Assembly: GCA_033442325.1 (NCBI GenBank)
Contig: JAWQFM010000032.1
Span: 570,112-634,111 of the forward strand
Length of the DNA: 64,000 nucleotides
Origin: Salpingoeca rosetta
Taxonomy: Eukaryota; Protista; Choanoflagellata
Reading direction: 5' to 3'
Shown here: piece by piece, positions 1 to 39,902 of the stretch
How positions within the stretch are numbered: position 1 is the first letter of the stretch
Layout: each line of letters begins with the position of its first letter
The notes under the pieces: generated by a model
Seen by the model: only the letters and a program-made list of their open reading frames with translations
What the model was told of the DNA's origin: nothing
The model's database searches: none
Translations under genes and position numbers: made by a program

Positions 1-168
1 GTGCGTGTATTTGCCTCTGTGAAGATGCAACGTTCACCTCCAAGCTCACACACACACGCTCACACATACACACACACGCTCACACATACACACGCTCACA
101 CATACCACCCCTCCATTACCACATCACTCCCCCCCCCCTCCCCCAAATCGTGTTGCCACCATCACCAG

Positions 169-4697
<4,529 letters not shown>

Positions 4698-4812
4698 CGT
4701 ACCGCAGCTGCCAAACTACTCGTTGCATACATCGCAGAGATGTGACACCGCAGTCACGCACGCGCCATGTCAAACGTCGCGCCACGCCACACCTTTCCCT
4801 TTCCTCTTTTGT

Positions 4813-4914
<102 letters not shown>

Positions 4915-5270
4915 CACACACCACCAACCATTTTGCTTCCCGACAGCATAAATTACACTTGTGATGTGTCATTCCGCAATGTGACGAAGATACCCACAAA
5001 ATTTCGTTGGCCTGGGTTTTGCCCGCCAAACCACGACTTGCCGCTTTCTTCTTTCTTTGTTCTTCGCCTGTAACCGCTTCTGCTGTCCACACAAATCTTG
5101 CATTGCACACACACACAAATCTGTGCCTCCTGATCCCAGTCACATCAACCGCACCACACACCGTCCGTCCCACGTCGAGTAAGCAAACAAGCGAGAAAGC
5201 ACTGAGCAGTGGGTGTGTGCCACTGACCACTGGCTGTGTAGTTGTGATACCTTCCACGAGCAATAACGAG

Positions 5271-5896
5271 GTGAGCACGCCGTCGCCTTGCGTAGGTCCT
5301 GTCACGTCGCTTTTTCCTCTTTGTTTACATCCTGGCGTTTTTTTTTTTTTGGCGCGAACCACATATCGCCTATGTCAGTGCCACTCCAACATGTACATAT
5401 ATCTGTCCGCACCTCCGCTGTTTGACCAGTTGGTCTCGACGAGCGCTTGTTGCTCTTGTCCACCTTTTTTTATTCCGTGCGCTGGGTGGCTTGCTTCATT
5501 TACATGTACCCATCTCTGTTTGCGTACCGTACAGTACCGGTTGGTGGAACTGACACTGGTGTGTTCCATATCGTTGATCAGATCGTGTTTGCCTTTGCCT
5601 TTGACGTTGTTCTTCCTTCCTCCTGCGTCGACCATCCTTTCCTTGGCGCGCATCCCGCCCTTTGTCTCTCGTTTACACCATATCTCTTCCTCGCACACAC
5701 ACACACACGCACGCTCACTCGCTCACTCACTCACACATTCACACACGCGTCGTGCACGCATGCATACATGCACATACACACACGCACATCAACACACACA
5801 CACACACACACACACATATCAACAACCCCTCCCCCCTTCCCCCTCCACACACACACACACGCACATCAACACACACACACGCACACACACACACAG
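5271..5896 (+). other. Probable 5'UTR intron of the NYN gene
   Basis: GAG|GTGAGC donor at 5271; CA-rich 3' end with ACAG acceptor at 5896, 16 nt before the ATG at 5913. Confidence 0.5.
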
Positions 5897-5912
5897 GACA
5901 TAACCGGGCGCC

Positions 5913-8323
5913 ATGTCGCTGATCCCCGTGTACCTGTTTGTGGACGACTCCAACTTCTGGATTGAGGGCCAAAAGGCGTGTGCGCACTCGCTCGGCCTTA
6001 AGGAACCCCGCGACGTGCGGTTTCGCATCCACCTGGAGAACCTGATTGCGTTTGTGACGGTCAAGTACGGGCCCATTAAAGGCGCCCACCTATTTGCCTC
6101 CGAGGCCTTCAATAGCGATGGCGTCTGGCGCAAGGCCAAGGAGGTCAAGTTCAAGGTGCACAACTTCTCCCGCTCCCTGCGCGGCAAGGAGAAGGAGGTG
6201 GACCAGGCCGTATGCGTGGAGCTGGCCTTTCAGGCGGCCGTGACGCGCGAGCGCCATGAGGAGGCGTCCTTTGTCATTGTCACCGGCGACCGCGACATGA
6301 TGCCCGCCGTGCATAAGGCCCTGTCCTGCGGCATCCACGTGCACCTGCTCGCCTTCTCCTCGGGCCTGGCTGATCAGTACAAGCACCTCGACAAAAACCA
6401 CAACCTCTTTCATATTACCCTCATGGATGAGTATCTGTTTGAGGTTGGCTACGTCGACCACGGCTCCACCCGTAGCGTCATCGATAAGCGCCACGCCGTT
6501 GTCATTGCCTCCTTCAACCCGCCGCTCACGGGCGCCAACGCCAAGATATCGCCCACCAGCCGCGACGAGGACTCACCGCCGCCCCAGCCCGCCAACAAGT
6601 GCCCCACCACCGTGCGCCAGGTGACGCGCGTGCTGGATACCCTGCACCAGATGTACTTTATCCACGTCGCCGGCGGCGGCTCCGCCATGATTGTGGAGTT
6701 CCCCAAGGCCAAGCTCGACATCATCATCCCGCGCGCGCGCGATGCCCTGGAGAAGAAAGGCTACACGGGCGTGGAGGTGTACTCGTATGCGCTGTGGAAG
6801 GGCCAACAACAGCAACAGAAGTTGAAGGTCGATGAGCAGCGCAAGAAGAAGGAGCAGCACCTGACCAACCAGCCGTTTGCTGCGCTGCAGGTGGAGGACC
6901 CAGACACCACCACCACCACCAGCGACCACGATGCTGATGAAGACGATGATGACGATGAGCACGACGCTGCCAACACTAGTGTTGCGATGCATGACGGCGC
7001 TGTGGTTGCCGCTGTCACGGAGAATAGGCACGCCGCAAGCGCTAACCAGCACCACCACGACGACCTCTATCCGCTGTATGATGTCGAATACCACAATTAC
7101 CAACAGCAGCAGGTGGATGAGCAAGATCAGCACCAGCAGCATGATGATGCGGAGGCTGCCGACAAGAAGAAGAAGAAGAAGAAGAAGCGCAAGAGGAACA
7201 GGAAGAAGAAGCAGGACCAGGAGAACGGCCACGACAACAGCAACGGCGACAACCACGGCGACGAGCAAAGTGAGCAGCAGGATGCGCAGACGCAGCAGGA
7301 GCGTGACGACCACGCCATTGCAGCGGCCGCGTCACGCGCGTGGAACGACAGCCCCGCCGCCGGCGACGGATATCTTGGCCTGGGCATGAACGGCTTTGGT
7401 GCGGCCTCGGACGTGTTTGCCAACCACGATGGCAGCGGCCGGAGCAGCAACAACAGCAGCGGCAACAGCGGTGGCGGCGGTGGTGGCGCTCTGTTTGACG
7501 ACTTTATTGGCGCGTACGGCACGGCCGACACAGGTGCTGTTGGAAACTACGACGCCTTCCACGACTCAACGGCCACCACCAGCAACCGCCTGAGCAGCAG
7601 CGGCAACAGCAACAGCAGTGGCATCGGCACGTCAACGACCGCACCACCACCACCACCACCAGCAACGACGGCGGCGGTGGTTGATCCGTGGGGCGACACG
7701 CAGGCAACTGCGCTCAGCAGCGGTGTGCAGCACACGAACATGCACACGAGCAACACGACCACGGCTTCCGCTGGCACCAACCCGACGCCGCCGCCGCCAG
7801 GCCTGGTCACGCCGCAGCGCATGGCACACCAGCACCAGCAGCATCAGCAGCAGCAGCATCAAGGCGCTGAAGATGAGCTGCTGCACGACGACGCTGCCAT
7901 CAACCACTCGCAGGCCCAAGTCAATCACCAGCAGCACCAGCACCAGCAGTCAAGTGGCACATCCCTGCTGTCGTTCCTCAACAACCACCAGCACCAGCAG
8001 CAGCAGCAGCAGCAGCCCCTGGATACGCTGATGGAGAAGCTGGCTGCGATGCAGGGCGGTGTGTCGCTCTCACAGCAACAGCAGCAACAGCAACAGATGC
8101 AGCAGCTGGAGAAGAAGGCACAGGAGCTGCTGGGCGTGCTGAAGATGGTTCAGAGCATGGAGCAGCAACTGCAGCAACAGCAGCAGCGGCAACAACAGGC
8201 CCAGCAGCAGCCGTCGCTGCAACAACAGGCTGAGCAGCTTCAGAAGCAGTTTCAGCTGCAAAGCATGCGCCAGGACGCCGAGCAGCAGCTGCAACAGCTC
8301 CAACAGCAGGTGCTGCAGTATCA

Positions 8324-8364
<41 letters not shown>

Positions 8365-9644
8365 CGTTTACTTCCGCCGCAACATCCATGGCTCCGAGCA
8401 GCAGTGTCGCTGGTATGGGACTGTCCATGCAGCCGCAGCAGCACCAGCAGCAGCAACAGTACCAGCAGAACTTGTTCGGTATCACCACCAGCAGCAGCAG
8501 CAGCACGGCTGCCGACAGCATGGGCTTCTCGCCCTCCCTCTGGTCCGGCCAACAACAGCAGGCAGGTGGGCTGCAGGGCTTCATGTCCCAGCATGGGCTG
8601 GTCGGCACGAGCAGCCACGGCACGAGCCCCTATGCCCGCATGAACGGCACGACGCCAACGCCGCCACCGCCGCCACTGGTTGACTCGCGCGCCTTTCCTG
8701 GTCAGCCACTCCCCGCTGCCTCAGCCACCACCACCAGCACGCATGCAACGGCGCCAGCACCACCGCCACCGGCCACGGCCAACGCCGCACTCAGCGCCAG
8801 CGGCGCCACGAACAACAACAGCAGTTACAGCAGCGGTGGTGGTGGTGGGCGTGACTTTGTTCCTTTCCGTCTTGGCGGCGGCGGCGACCAGGACATGTAT
8901 GGGCGAAGTGATGGCCGCGACATGCAGGACGACACACCTGACTGGGGGATCAGTGACGGTGATGACGACACGACGTGGCCGTCACTCGGCGGCGCTGGTG
9001 GTGGCAACGGCGCCCGCACGAAGAACAACGCAGCAACAGCAGGTGGTGGTGGTTCGCTCGACTACCGCGCCATGGCGGCCACGCCAGCCACTGGTGGGCA
9101 GCAGGGCAAGGCCACCAACAACAACAACAACAACAGCGGCAGCACTGGCACTGGCACTGGCACTGTTGGTGACGCCACGGCCAGCAAGAGCAGCAAGAAC
9201 AAGAAGAAGAACAAGAAGAAGAACAAGGCCAAGGCCGGGAGCGCCGCGAATGACATGGCAGCGCGGCTTGGTGACGAGTTTGATGAGTTTGGAATCCGTC
9301 GACAGAAGAGCAGCGACTGGCACGAGGTGTTGCGGGGCGAGTCGACAGACGACAAGCTTGCCCGCAGCCGCAAGTACAAGGACCCCTGCCGCTATGGCAT
9401 ACACTGCAGCAACGCCGCCCAGTGCACGTACAAGCACACGCCGTGGGAGGTGGCCATGTTCAAGCGGTTTCCTAACCACAAGTTTCTGTTGTACAAGAGC
9501 AGCCGGTGTATCAATGAGCGCCCGCACAACCCGGCGGACTGCCTGTTCTCGCACGGGCTTGAGAACGACGATATGGAATGGTGCGTCTCCTGCAAGCAAG
9601 AGGGGCATCTCACCAACAACTGCCCTTACACCCGCAAGAAGTGA
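5913..9644 (+). CDS. NYN (LabA/DUF88-type PIN) ribonuclease with long Q/N/G-rich linker, C-terminal CCCH-type fingers and CCHC knuckle, 1243 aa, single coding exon
   Basis: NYN acidic motifs YLFVDDSN, KEKEVD, IVTGDRDM; C-terminal CRYGIHCSNAAQCTYKH, CINERPHNPADCLFSH and CVSCKQEGHLTNNC (CX2CX4HX4C). Confidence 0.88.
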
Positions 9645-9803
9645 TCATGTGTCTGTGTGTGTGTGGGGGGGGGGGTCGTGTATGACAGTCTGCTGTTGTT
9701 ACTGCGTTTGGTGGATGGTTTCTCAAAGGCTGGTGTGGTTTGTGTGATGTTGGCTTCTTCCTTCTGCTCTGAGTGTGTTGCGGGCGTGTCACCGCTCGCG
9801 TTT

Positions 9804-9885
<82 letters not shown>

Positions 9886-9893
9886 GTCGTGTC

Positions 9894-9993
9894 NNNNNNN
9901 NNNNNNNNNNNNNNNNNNNNNNNNNNNNNNNNNNNNNNNNNNNNNNNNNNNNNNNNNNNNNNNNNNNNNNNNNNNNNNNNNNNNNNNNNNNNN
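9894..9993. other. Assembly gap (N run)
   Basis: Ns flanked by (TG)n. Confidence 0.99.
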
Positions 9994-10146
9994 CTCACCT
10001 ACCATCTGTGTGTGTGTGTGTGTGTGTGTGTGAGTGTGTGTGTGTGTGCGTGTGTGTATATGTGTGTGTGTGTGTATGTGTGTGCCGTTGCTTGCGTATG
10101 CGTTTCCTTAAACCGGTGATGATAATCAGATGGGTCGTTGTCAACT

Positions 10147-10199
<53 letters not shown>

Positions 10200-10496
10200 C
10201 ACACACACACATGCACATGCGCACGTCATTGCGACTGGACGGGCCAGAACAGAAGCTCGAGCACGAAGAGAGAAACAATGGCTGTGGTGGTGGAGGACTG
10301 CCACTGTCCTTTCGTTTGTTTTGGTTTTTGACTGTGGGCGATTTCCTTCTTCTTTCTTGTGGTGCATTCCAATCTTCAAGGACAACATCGAGCACAACCG
10401 TTGATTGTTGCTGTTGGTTGTGCACTTCTCGCTCGAGGCAGACGACGCAGAGGTGGCAGGCAAGAAGTGACAACGTGAAGCGCAACAGCGAACAGT

Positions 10497-16846
<6,350 letters not shown>

Positions 16847-16881
16847 TGATGACCATGATGATGCCAATGCAACTACTTGCT

Positions 16882-16917
<36 letters not shown>

Positions 16918-17446
16918 TGTGTGTGTGTGTGTGTCTTGTGTCTGTGTACACGTGTGTACGTGCAAGTACGTGGGCATGTGCTTTACTTCACACACATGAA
17001 TGTGTGACTCCACCCATTGTCGTCTGTTGCACTTGTGCATGAATGTATTTCTGATTTGATGCGGCCGTGGCGGGTTGATGACCTGTGTCAACTGCGATGG
17101 TGATGACACCACGACGGCCCATCACGTGATTGTGGCCGCGGGGGATGGGTTAAGTGCTTGTTGTGTGTATTAAATGAAACGGCGTACGCAACACACGGCA
17201 CGGTATGTACAGAAGCTTGTGAAAGTCAGAACCCCCAGATGAAACAAAGAAAGTGGAAGAGAGGAGATGCATGGTGAAGACAAGGAAGGTGGGGCATGCA
17301 ATGTAGGAGGTAAGATGGATGCAGGGAGTGGGTCAACACAGATGCAACAAACAAACAAACAACTGCGGCGGTGGATGTGCTGCGAGTGGAAACGTTGAAT
17401 TGGTTCGGCAACGACACTCGACCGTGACCATCGCCACACCCTCCAC

Positions 17447-17537
<91 letters not shown>

Positions 17538-17844
17538 NNNNNNNNNNNNNNNNNNNNNNNNNNNNNNNNNNNNNNNNNNNNNNNNNNNNNNNNNNNNNNN
17601 NNNNNNNNNNNNNNNNNNNNNNNNNNNNNNNNNNNNNNNNNNNNNNNNNNNNNNNNNNNNNNNNNNNNNNNNNNNNNNNNNNNNNNNNNNNNNNNNNNNN
17701 NNNNNNNNNNNNNNNNNNNNNNNNNNNNNNNNNNNNNNNNNNNNNNNNNNNNNNNNNNNNNNNNNNNNNNNNNNNNNNNNNNNNNNNNNNNNNNNNNNNN
17801 NNNNNNNNNNNNNNNNNNNNNNNNNNNNNNNNNNNNNNNNNNNN
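17538..17844. other. Assembly gap, probably containing the 3' exon(s) of the ankyrin gene
   Basis: N run next to (CAT)n at 17447-17537. Confidence 0.9.
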
Positions 17845-18072
17845 CCACGCACTGCACCCCCACTGAAAAAAAATAATACATAAAATATACACACCATACG
17901 CACACGCACCCACGCACGCACGCTCGCACACACACACACACACACGCACGGACGCACGGACACACAAACAAGCATGCACGGAAAAAAAACACAAACACAC
18001 ACACACACGCACACACACACACACACACACACACGCACGCACACGTATGCACAGGCACGTGGTTGCGCTCAC

Positions 18073-19228
18073 GTGGGGTCAGCGCCATAGTCGAGCAAGA
18101 ACTGCACCATGTCCTTGTGTCCCCACATGCACGCCCTGTGTATCGCCGCGTATCCCTGCGGCCCTTTTGTGTTGATGTTCATGTTCCGCTGCAGAAGCAC
18201 CTCCATCACATCCTGGCGGTTGTGAATGGCAGCCAGCTCCAACGGGTGTCTTTGGTATCTGCAGAGGTTAACAGGCATGGGGTGCGGGAGGAGGTGTGAG
18301 GTGCGATGATAAGTCCAGGGTCGAGGAGGGGACACCAACCAAGGAACAGCGACCAAGACATACACTCACATAAACGCGTAAAAGTACACGCACATACAAT
18401 TTCACACACACACACAACACACACACACACATTACCTGTCGAGCGCGGCAGCCTGGTTGGGGCTGCTGGTGAGTATATCTGCGATATCCTGCAGTGGGGC
18501 GCCTTTGACAAGGGCTTCCGCAATGTTGCAGTCCAGCTTCCGCGACAGCGGGCTGTCAAGGGAGGCGGAAGGCGGGTCACGTGATGCACAGCAGTCATGT
18601 GAGAATGGAGCATCTCTGGCATGTCGTAATGTCAACCAGCCCAACACACTCACTCACTCACTCACTCACTCACTCACTCACTCACTCACTCACTCACTCA
18701 CTCACTCACTCACTCACTCACTCACCCACTCACTCACTCACTCACTCACTCACTCACGCGCACACTCACTCACTCACTCACTCACGCGCACACTCACTCA
18801 CTCGCACACACACACACACACTCATTCACTCACTCACTCACTCACTCACTCACTCACTCACTCACTCACTCACTCACTCACTCACTCACTCACAGTTGTG
18901 GGGATGGGGATCGCCGTGCAGATCCCCTTGATTTCGGAACGGCAAACGACCGCCGCTGTCAGTGCACAAGCAAGTGTGCGTGAGAGAGTGGGAGAGTGAG
19001 AGAGGGGCACTGCTTTGTAGGAGATAGGAAAAGAGTACCAGGAAGGGCAGCATCCACGTTCCCAGCCACAACCACGCGAAGCACAGACTCGCCAAGCAAG
19101 CCAAGCAAACCAAGAGCCAAGCAGGACCACACAGCACTCACGGATGCCCTTCGTTCCGCCATCATCGCATTCGTGCTTGACGACAGGCACAACAAATGCA
19201 CTTTATGTTGTCGTAAACCGCCGCTCAT
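18073..19228 (-). CDS. Ankyrin-repeat protein (3' end not resolved, probably in gap)
   Basis: Exons ~19228-19142, 18955-18894, 18552-18435 and 18258-18073 splice in frame. They encode [26 protein letters not shown] and [27 protein letters not shown] (two ankyrin repeats). Start codon is inferred. Confidence 0.8.
18646..18892. repeat. (CACT)n tetranucleotide repeat in intron
   Basis: Direct reading. Confidence 0.97.
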
Positions 19229-19420
19229 CGCCAACGTTGCTGAGTTGTTTGTTGGCAGCGGCAGCACAACACACAGCCTGCGACGTGAATGAGCTTGGGA
19301 GAAGGGGAACGTCGTTGAAGGGCTGGCTGGTGTACATAGACCGGACTGCACGCACGAGAATAAGAGGGGTGTGGTGTAGACAGTACATACGACGTCCTAG
19401 GAGTAGCAGAACAACCCGCG

Positions 19421-24742
<5,322 letters not shown>

Positions 24743-25055
24743 GTGTCTGTGTCTGTGTGTGTGTGTGTGTGCGTGTTAGGGAGGACTGGTTGAATGAATT
24801 TAACTGAATATGAATGAAATAAATGCCAAGTTGCCCCACAGTTCGAAATTGGTGAATCTCTTTGTTGGGACCATGCAGTGCACAGTTTTATGAACACGCG
24901 AAGAAGAAGGTTACAACATCTCAAAACAACAACTACCTGGCTGGGAAACACGTGACTAACTCTAAAACAAATGCGGACACACAGACACACACGCCATGTT
25001 GCGCAAGACCAGTCAGTGACAGTTGGAGCACATGACGGCAGCGGTAGCGCACGGC

Positions 25056-32493
<7,438 letters not shown>

Positions 32494-33139
32494 GTGCCCC
32501 AGCGGATCAAACAGCAGGCGATCCCCATCCATATCCAAACTGGAGGTGCTTGTATGTTTCTGTCTGTCGTGTCGTAGTCTGTGCGTCGCGCTGTCCTTCC
32601 CAGCGTGTAGATAATTTGTCGTATTTTAAAATAACATTCGTCAACTGCCTGCCGCCACAACACAAACTCACACCAGCCAGCCAGCCAAGAGCAAGTTGAT
32701 GTACATAGTTGAACGGACCAACATCATCAACCCAACAAGCAGCACACACAACACATCACCCACAGCACAAGCACACAACGCACTCCTCGTCATGTCATGT
32801 TTGTCCCAAGGAGAGGGGTGCACGAACCCTTGTGCCAAGACAACAAACCTTGTTGGCGAAGAGTTTTCATTTCTCCACACACACGCTCGCTTGAACGCCC
32901 GTGACATATTCGTGCCGTGCGTTTCTCTTCTTCGTCCTCCTCCTCTGTCACATCAAACCGACGCATCCGCATCTGCGTTCTCTCCCTCTCCCTGTGACGT
33001 GTGGTTTTTGAAGGGTTGACGTGTTTGCTGTGTCTGTGCACCCCCTGTGCTGTGCTGCACACCTGCTCTTCTCTGGTGTTCTGCACACCTGGGCGATCAA
33101 CAGCCCCTTGACAGCTTCCGTGCGTGCGATCATAGCCGC

Positions 33140-33140
33140 C

Positions 33141-33181
<41 letters not shown>

Positions 33182-33213
33182 ACAACAACAACAACAAACA
33201 ACAACAACAACAA
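33140..33213 (+). repeat. (CAA)n repeat immediately upstream of ATG 33221
   Basis: Direct reading. Confidence 0.95.
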
Positions 33214-33220
33214 CGACAAT

Positions 33221-36740
<3,520 letters not shown>

Positions 36741-37565
36741 AGCTGTGGGTGTGTGGAGCTGAGGTTGGGGTGGAGGTGGGGAAAGCGACGATGGTAGCCG
36801 TTGTGTGTTGACACTCTTTGAGTTGCTTCTTCCGACAAGCACGTTTGCTTGAGTTGGTGGGGTCATAGGTGTGTTTTTGTGGCCGTGGTAAATGTACATA
36901 AAGCGCATGCATACACACGGAAGGCTTCACGGCATATGGTGATGTTGCAGTGAATCGGTTGCGTGAGCAACTTGCTTGGAGCTTTCGAGGTGAGGTGCTG
37001 GGTGAGGCATGCTGAAGAACTGCCCGTTTTTGTGCAGCCGCATCATACAAGCACGCGTGTGCGGGGCTTGTTGGGTGCAGCAGAGGAGACAGGGGTAGCA
37101 CACGCGTGGCCATGCACTGCATACATCAGCCAGTTGCTTGGTGCACACAATGAAAACGACGACACAAACAAACTCCACAGGAGCACGACCACGATTGCAC
37201 GACAGGCACGATAGCAGCCCGATGTGTCTGCATTCGCGTTCTGCACTCGGATACTCAGTTGAATTTGAGTATTCACATGACATCTGACGTGTACTTGGGG
37301 CAAACGGCCAAACAGAACAAGACGCAAGGTGTGAACCCCGCTAGACATCTAGACATGCACGAAGCGAGACAAGGCGTGCCAAGGAAAACACGCAACCACA
37401 CGGGGCAACGAAAAGAGAACAACCGACAAGAAAGCACTGCGTGCAGGCAAACACGCAGAACGACATGGAAGGCAAGAAGCAAACACAAAACAAGCTACCC
37501 ACACTCAAAACAACTTGCAGCAACCCACCCTCACAACACCCATTCTCATCCTCACCCACTCTTCT

Positions 37566-39423
37566 TCACTCGTTCAGGCAGTTGTTGATGGCCCTGCACC
37601 ATTCGGCAAGCGTGGTGTCAGAGCGGTCGTCCGAGCGAAAGATGAATGTTCGCTTGGGAACGGCAACGTGCAGCTCACTGTTGTCTTGGGCGAGCTCAGC
37701 TGACAGTACATCCAACAGGGAGATGCGTCGCTTTGGCGGCCGTGCTGCGGACTTGCCGTACGCGAAGTGGCTGTCGTCAAGCTTGCACCAGCACGGGCGG
37801 AAGGCGGCCCTCCGTCGCCCACGTTTCTGCAACCACCCGACAAGCGGCTGCTGTGAAGAGCACCCCTGTCGCTCGTCTGCTTCGTCTGCTTCGTCTTGTT
37901 GACTAGCCAAAGCTTGCACTTGATCACTGCCGGTGTCTTCCTGTTGCGCATCGCCGTCATCGTGCTCGCTGTCGCCACTATCACTATCGCCGCGAATGCG
38001 CCGCAGATTGCGCGCCACCTTGCGTGTGTTGGGGTGGTCTGGCCCGAGCATGGCTTCGAAAACGCCGAGCGCCTGTTGCACGCATGCGTGGGCCTGCTCC
38101 TTGTTGCCGCACTCATCATGCAGCAGGCCAAGATTGAAGTATGATGTGGCTGTGCTCGGGTGGTTTTCGCCCAGCGCCTCCGTCCTGATGGCAAGGGCTT
38201 TCTCATAGTGCTCAATGGCCTCATCGTACTTGCCCTCGTTCTTGTATGCGACGCCGAGGTTGTTGCACGAGTCTGCTGTGTGTGGATGCTTCTCGCCAAG
38301 TGTCTCCACGAACACCTCCTTGGCCAGCCCGTGGTAAGAGATCGCCCGGTCGTACTCGCCCTTGTCGGCGTATGCGAGGCCGAGGTTGCCGTAGGACGCT
38401 GCTGTGCTCGGGTGTTTCTCGCCGAGCTTCTCAACCTTGATTGCGAGGGCCTTCTCATAAAATGGGATGGCCATGTCGTACTCGCCCATGCAGCGGTATG
38501 CGCCGCCGAGGTTGTTGTAGGTGTCAGCTGTGCTTTGGTGCTTCTCGCCGAGCGTCTCCGCCGTGATGGCGAGGGCCTTCTGGAAGCATTCAATCGCCCT
38601 GTCGTAATCGCCCTTGCTGCTGTAGGCGCTACCAAGGTTGTTGTAGGTCATGCCTGTATTCGGGTGCTTTTCGCCCAACACCCCCACTGTGATGGCGAGA
38701 TCCTGCTCGTAGTATTGCGTTGCCAAGTCATACTCGCCCTTGCTGCTGTATGCAGTGCCGAGATTGTTGTACAGCGCAGCCACATTCTCTCCGTTTTCCC
38801 CTTCAGTGCGCAACAAAATCGGCAGGGCTGTCTCGTAGTACGCGATTGCGCCATCGTGCTCGCCAAAGTCGTCCAACACGAGCCCGACCTGGTTGCATAA
38901 CTCAGCGAACGCCCGTGTCTCGTCTTCTCCACGTGCCCGCATGGCCTCCACCGCAGCCACCATCTTGCTCAGGCACCACGCGCGCAGCTGGTCCTTGACG
39001 GCCTGGTTGAGAGCACCAAAGCCCACGCCGTTCTGAATGGCCTCAAAGATCATGTCCTTGTCGCGTGGATTGAATGCTTCGGCGCGCTGTGCTTGTACGA
39101 GCACCAGCGTATCCATCACCGACTTAGAGCTTTCACGGATGGCGGCCTCCAGCTCTGACTCCTCGCTCTTGGGTAAGCGGATGCTGACCTCCGTGCCCTC
39201 GTTGCTGACGCCGCAGAAGATCTCCCACAGGCACCACGCCCGCGTGAGTGGCACGGGGTCTCGCCACGGCATCAACACCAGCAGCACACGTCCAATGTTG
39301 GCAATCGACTCCTTGAACGTCGTGCTCCACCTGTTGTGTTGGGGGGAGGGAGAGGAGGGGCGTGATGTGAGGGAGTGGGAGTGTGCAAGAAACGGGGAGG
39401 TATAGCACGCAGGCGCACACAAG

Positions 39424-39456
<33 letters not shown>

Positions 39457-39902
39457 CGCACACACACACACACACACACACACGCGTGCACACGCACACA
39501 TACGCACCACTCTTGTGGGAGGTTGGCGGTAACGTTGGCGTTTTGGTTGTTCATGAAGAGGTCAAACCAGAAGAACACGGGCTGGCTGTCTTCCTTCCTT
39601 ACTCTTTGTTCCTCTGCAAACTCCAGCAAGACGTTGAGCACGTCTGCGATCTTGTATCGCCACGCGTGCGACACAAACACAGTGGCTTTGCCCACATGTT
39701 CATGTGGCGACTGCTTGCGCAAGAGATCGACGTAGGCGCAGTTGTCCTGCTGTGTGCGTGGCACAACCAGTTGCTTGCAGGCATCCTCCGTGGTCATCTT
39801 AGTGTACGTGTCGGGGAACTCCTTCTTCAGGTCTGCGAGGAAGGCCCTGATCGCCCCCACAGACACGCCGTCTGTCAGGCGGTGCTCACTGGTGTCAGCC
39901 AT
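37566..39902 (-). CDS. TPR-repeat protein (42-aa KLC-type repeats) with N-terminal HET/TIR-like domain and C-terminal PH domain; one intron 39331-39507
   Basis: FVSHAW, FFWFDLFMNNQ and LTRAWCLWE; about 7 repeats like LGEKHPSTAxxYNNLGxAYxxKGEYDxAIxxYEKALAI; PH: GWLQKRG..FRPCWCKL..RTFIFRS..EWCRAI. Confidence 0.88.

Noticed and set aside
9545-9630. CCHC knuckle as evidence of a retrotransposon Gag
   Set aside because: No protease, RT, integrase or LTRs nearby
38040-38900. 126-nt periodic repeats as a possible CRISPR or satellite array
   Set aside because: They are coding 42-aa TPR units; there is no repeat-spacer structure and no cas genes
37566-39902. Kinesin light chain call, given the nearby kinesin
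   Set aside because: No N-terminal heptad region; it has a HET/TIR-like and a PH domain instead, and the neighbour is kinesin-3, which does not use KLC
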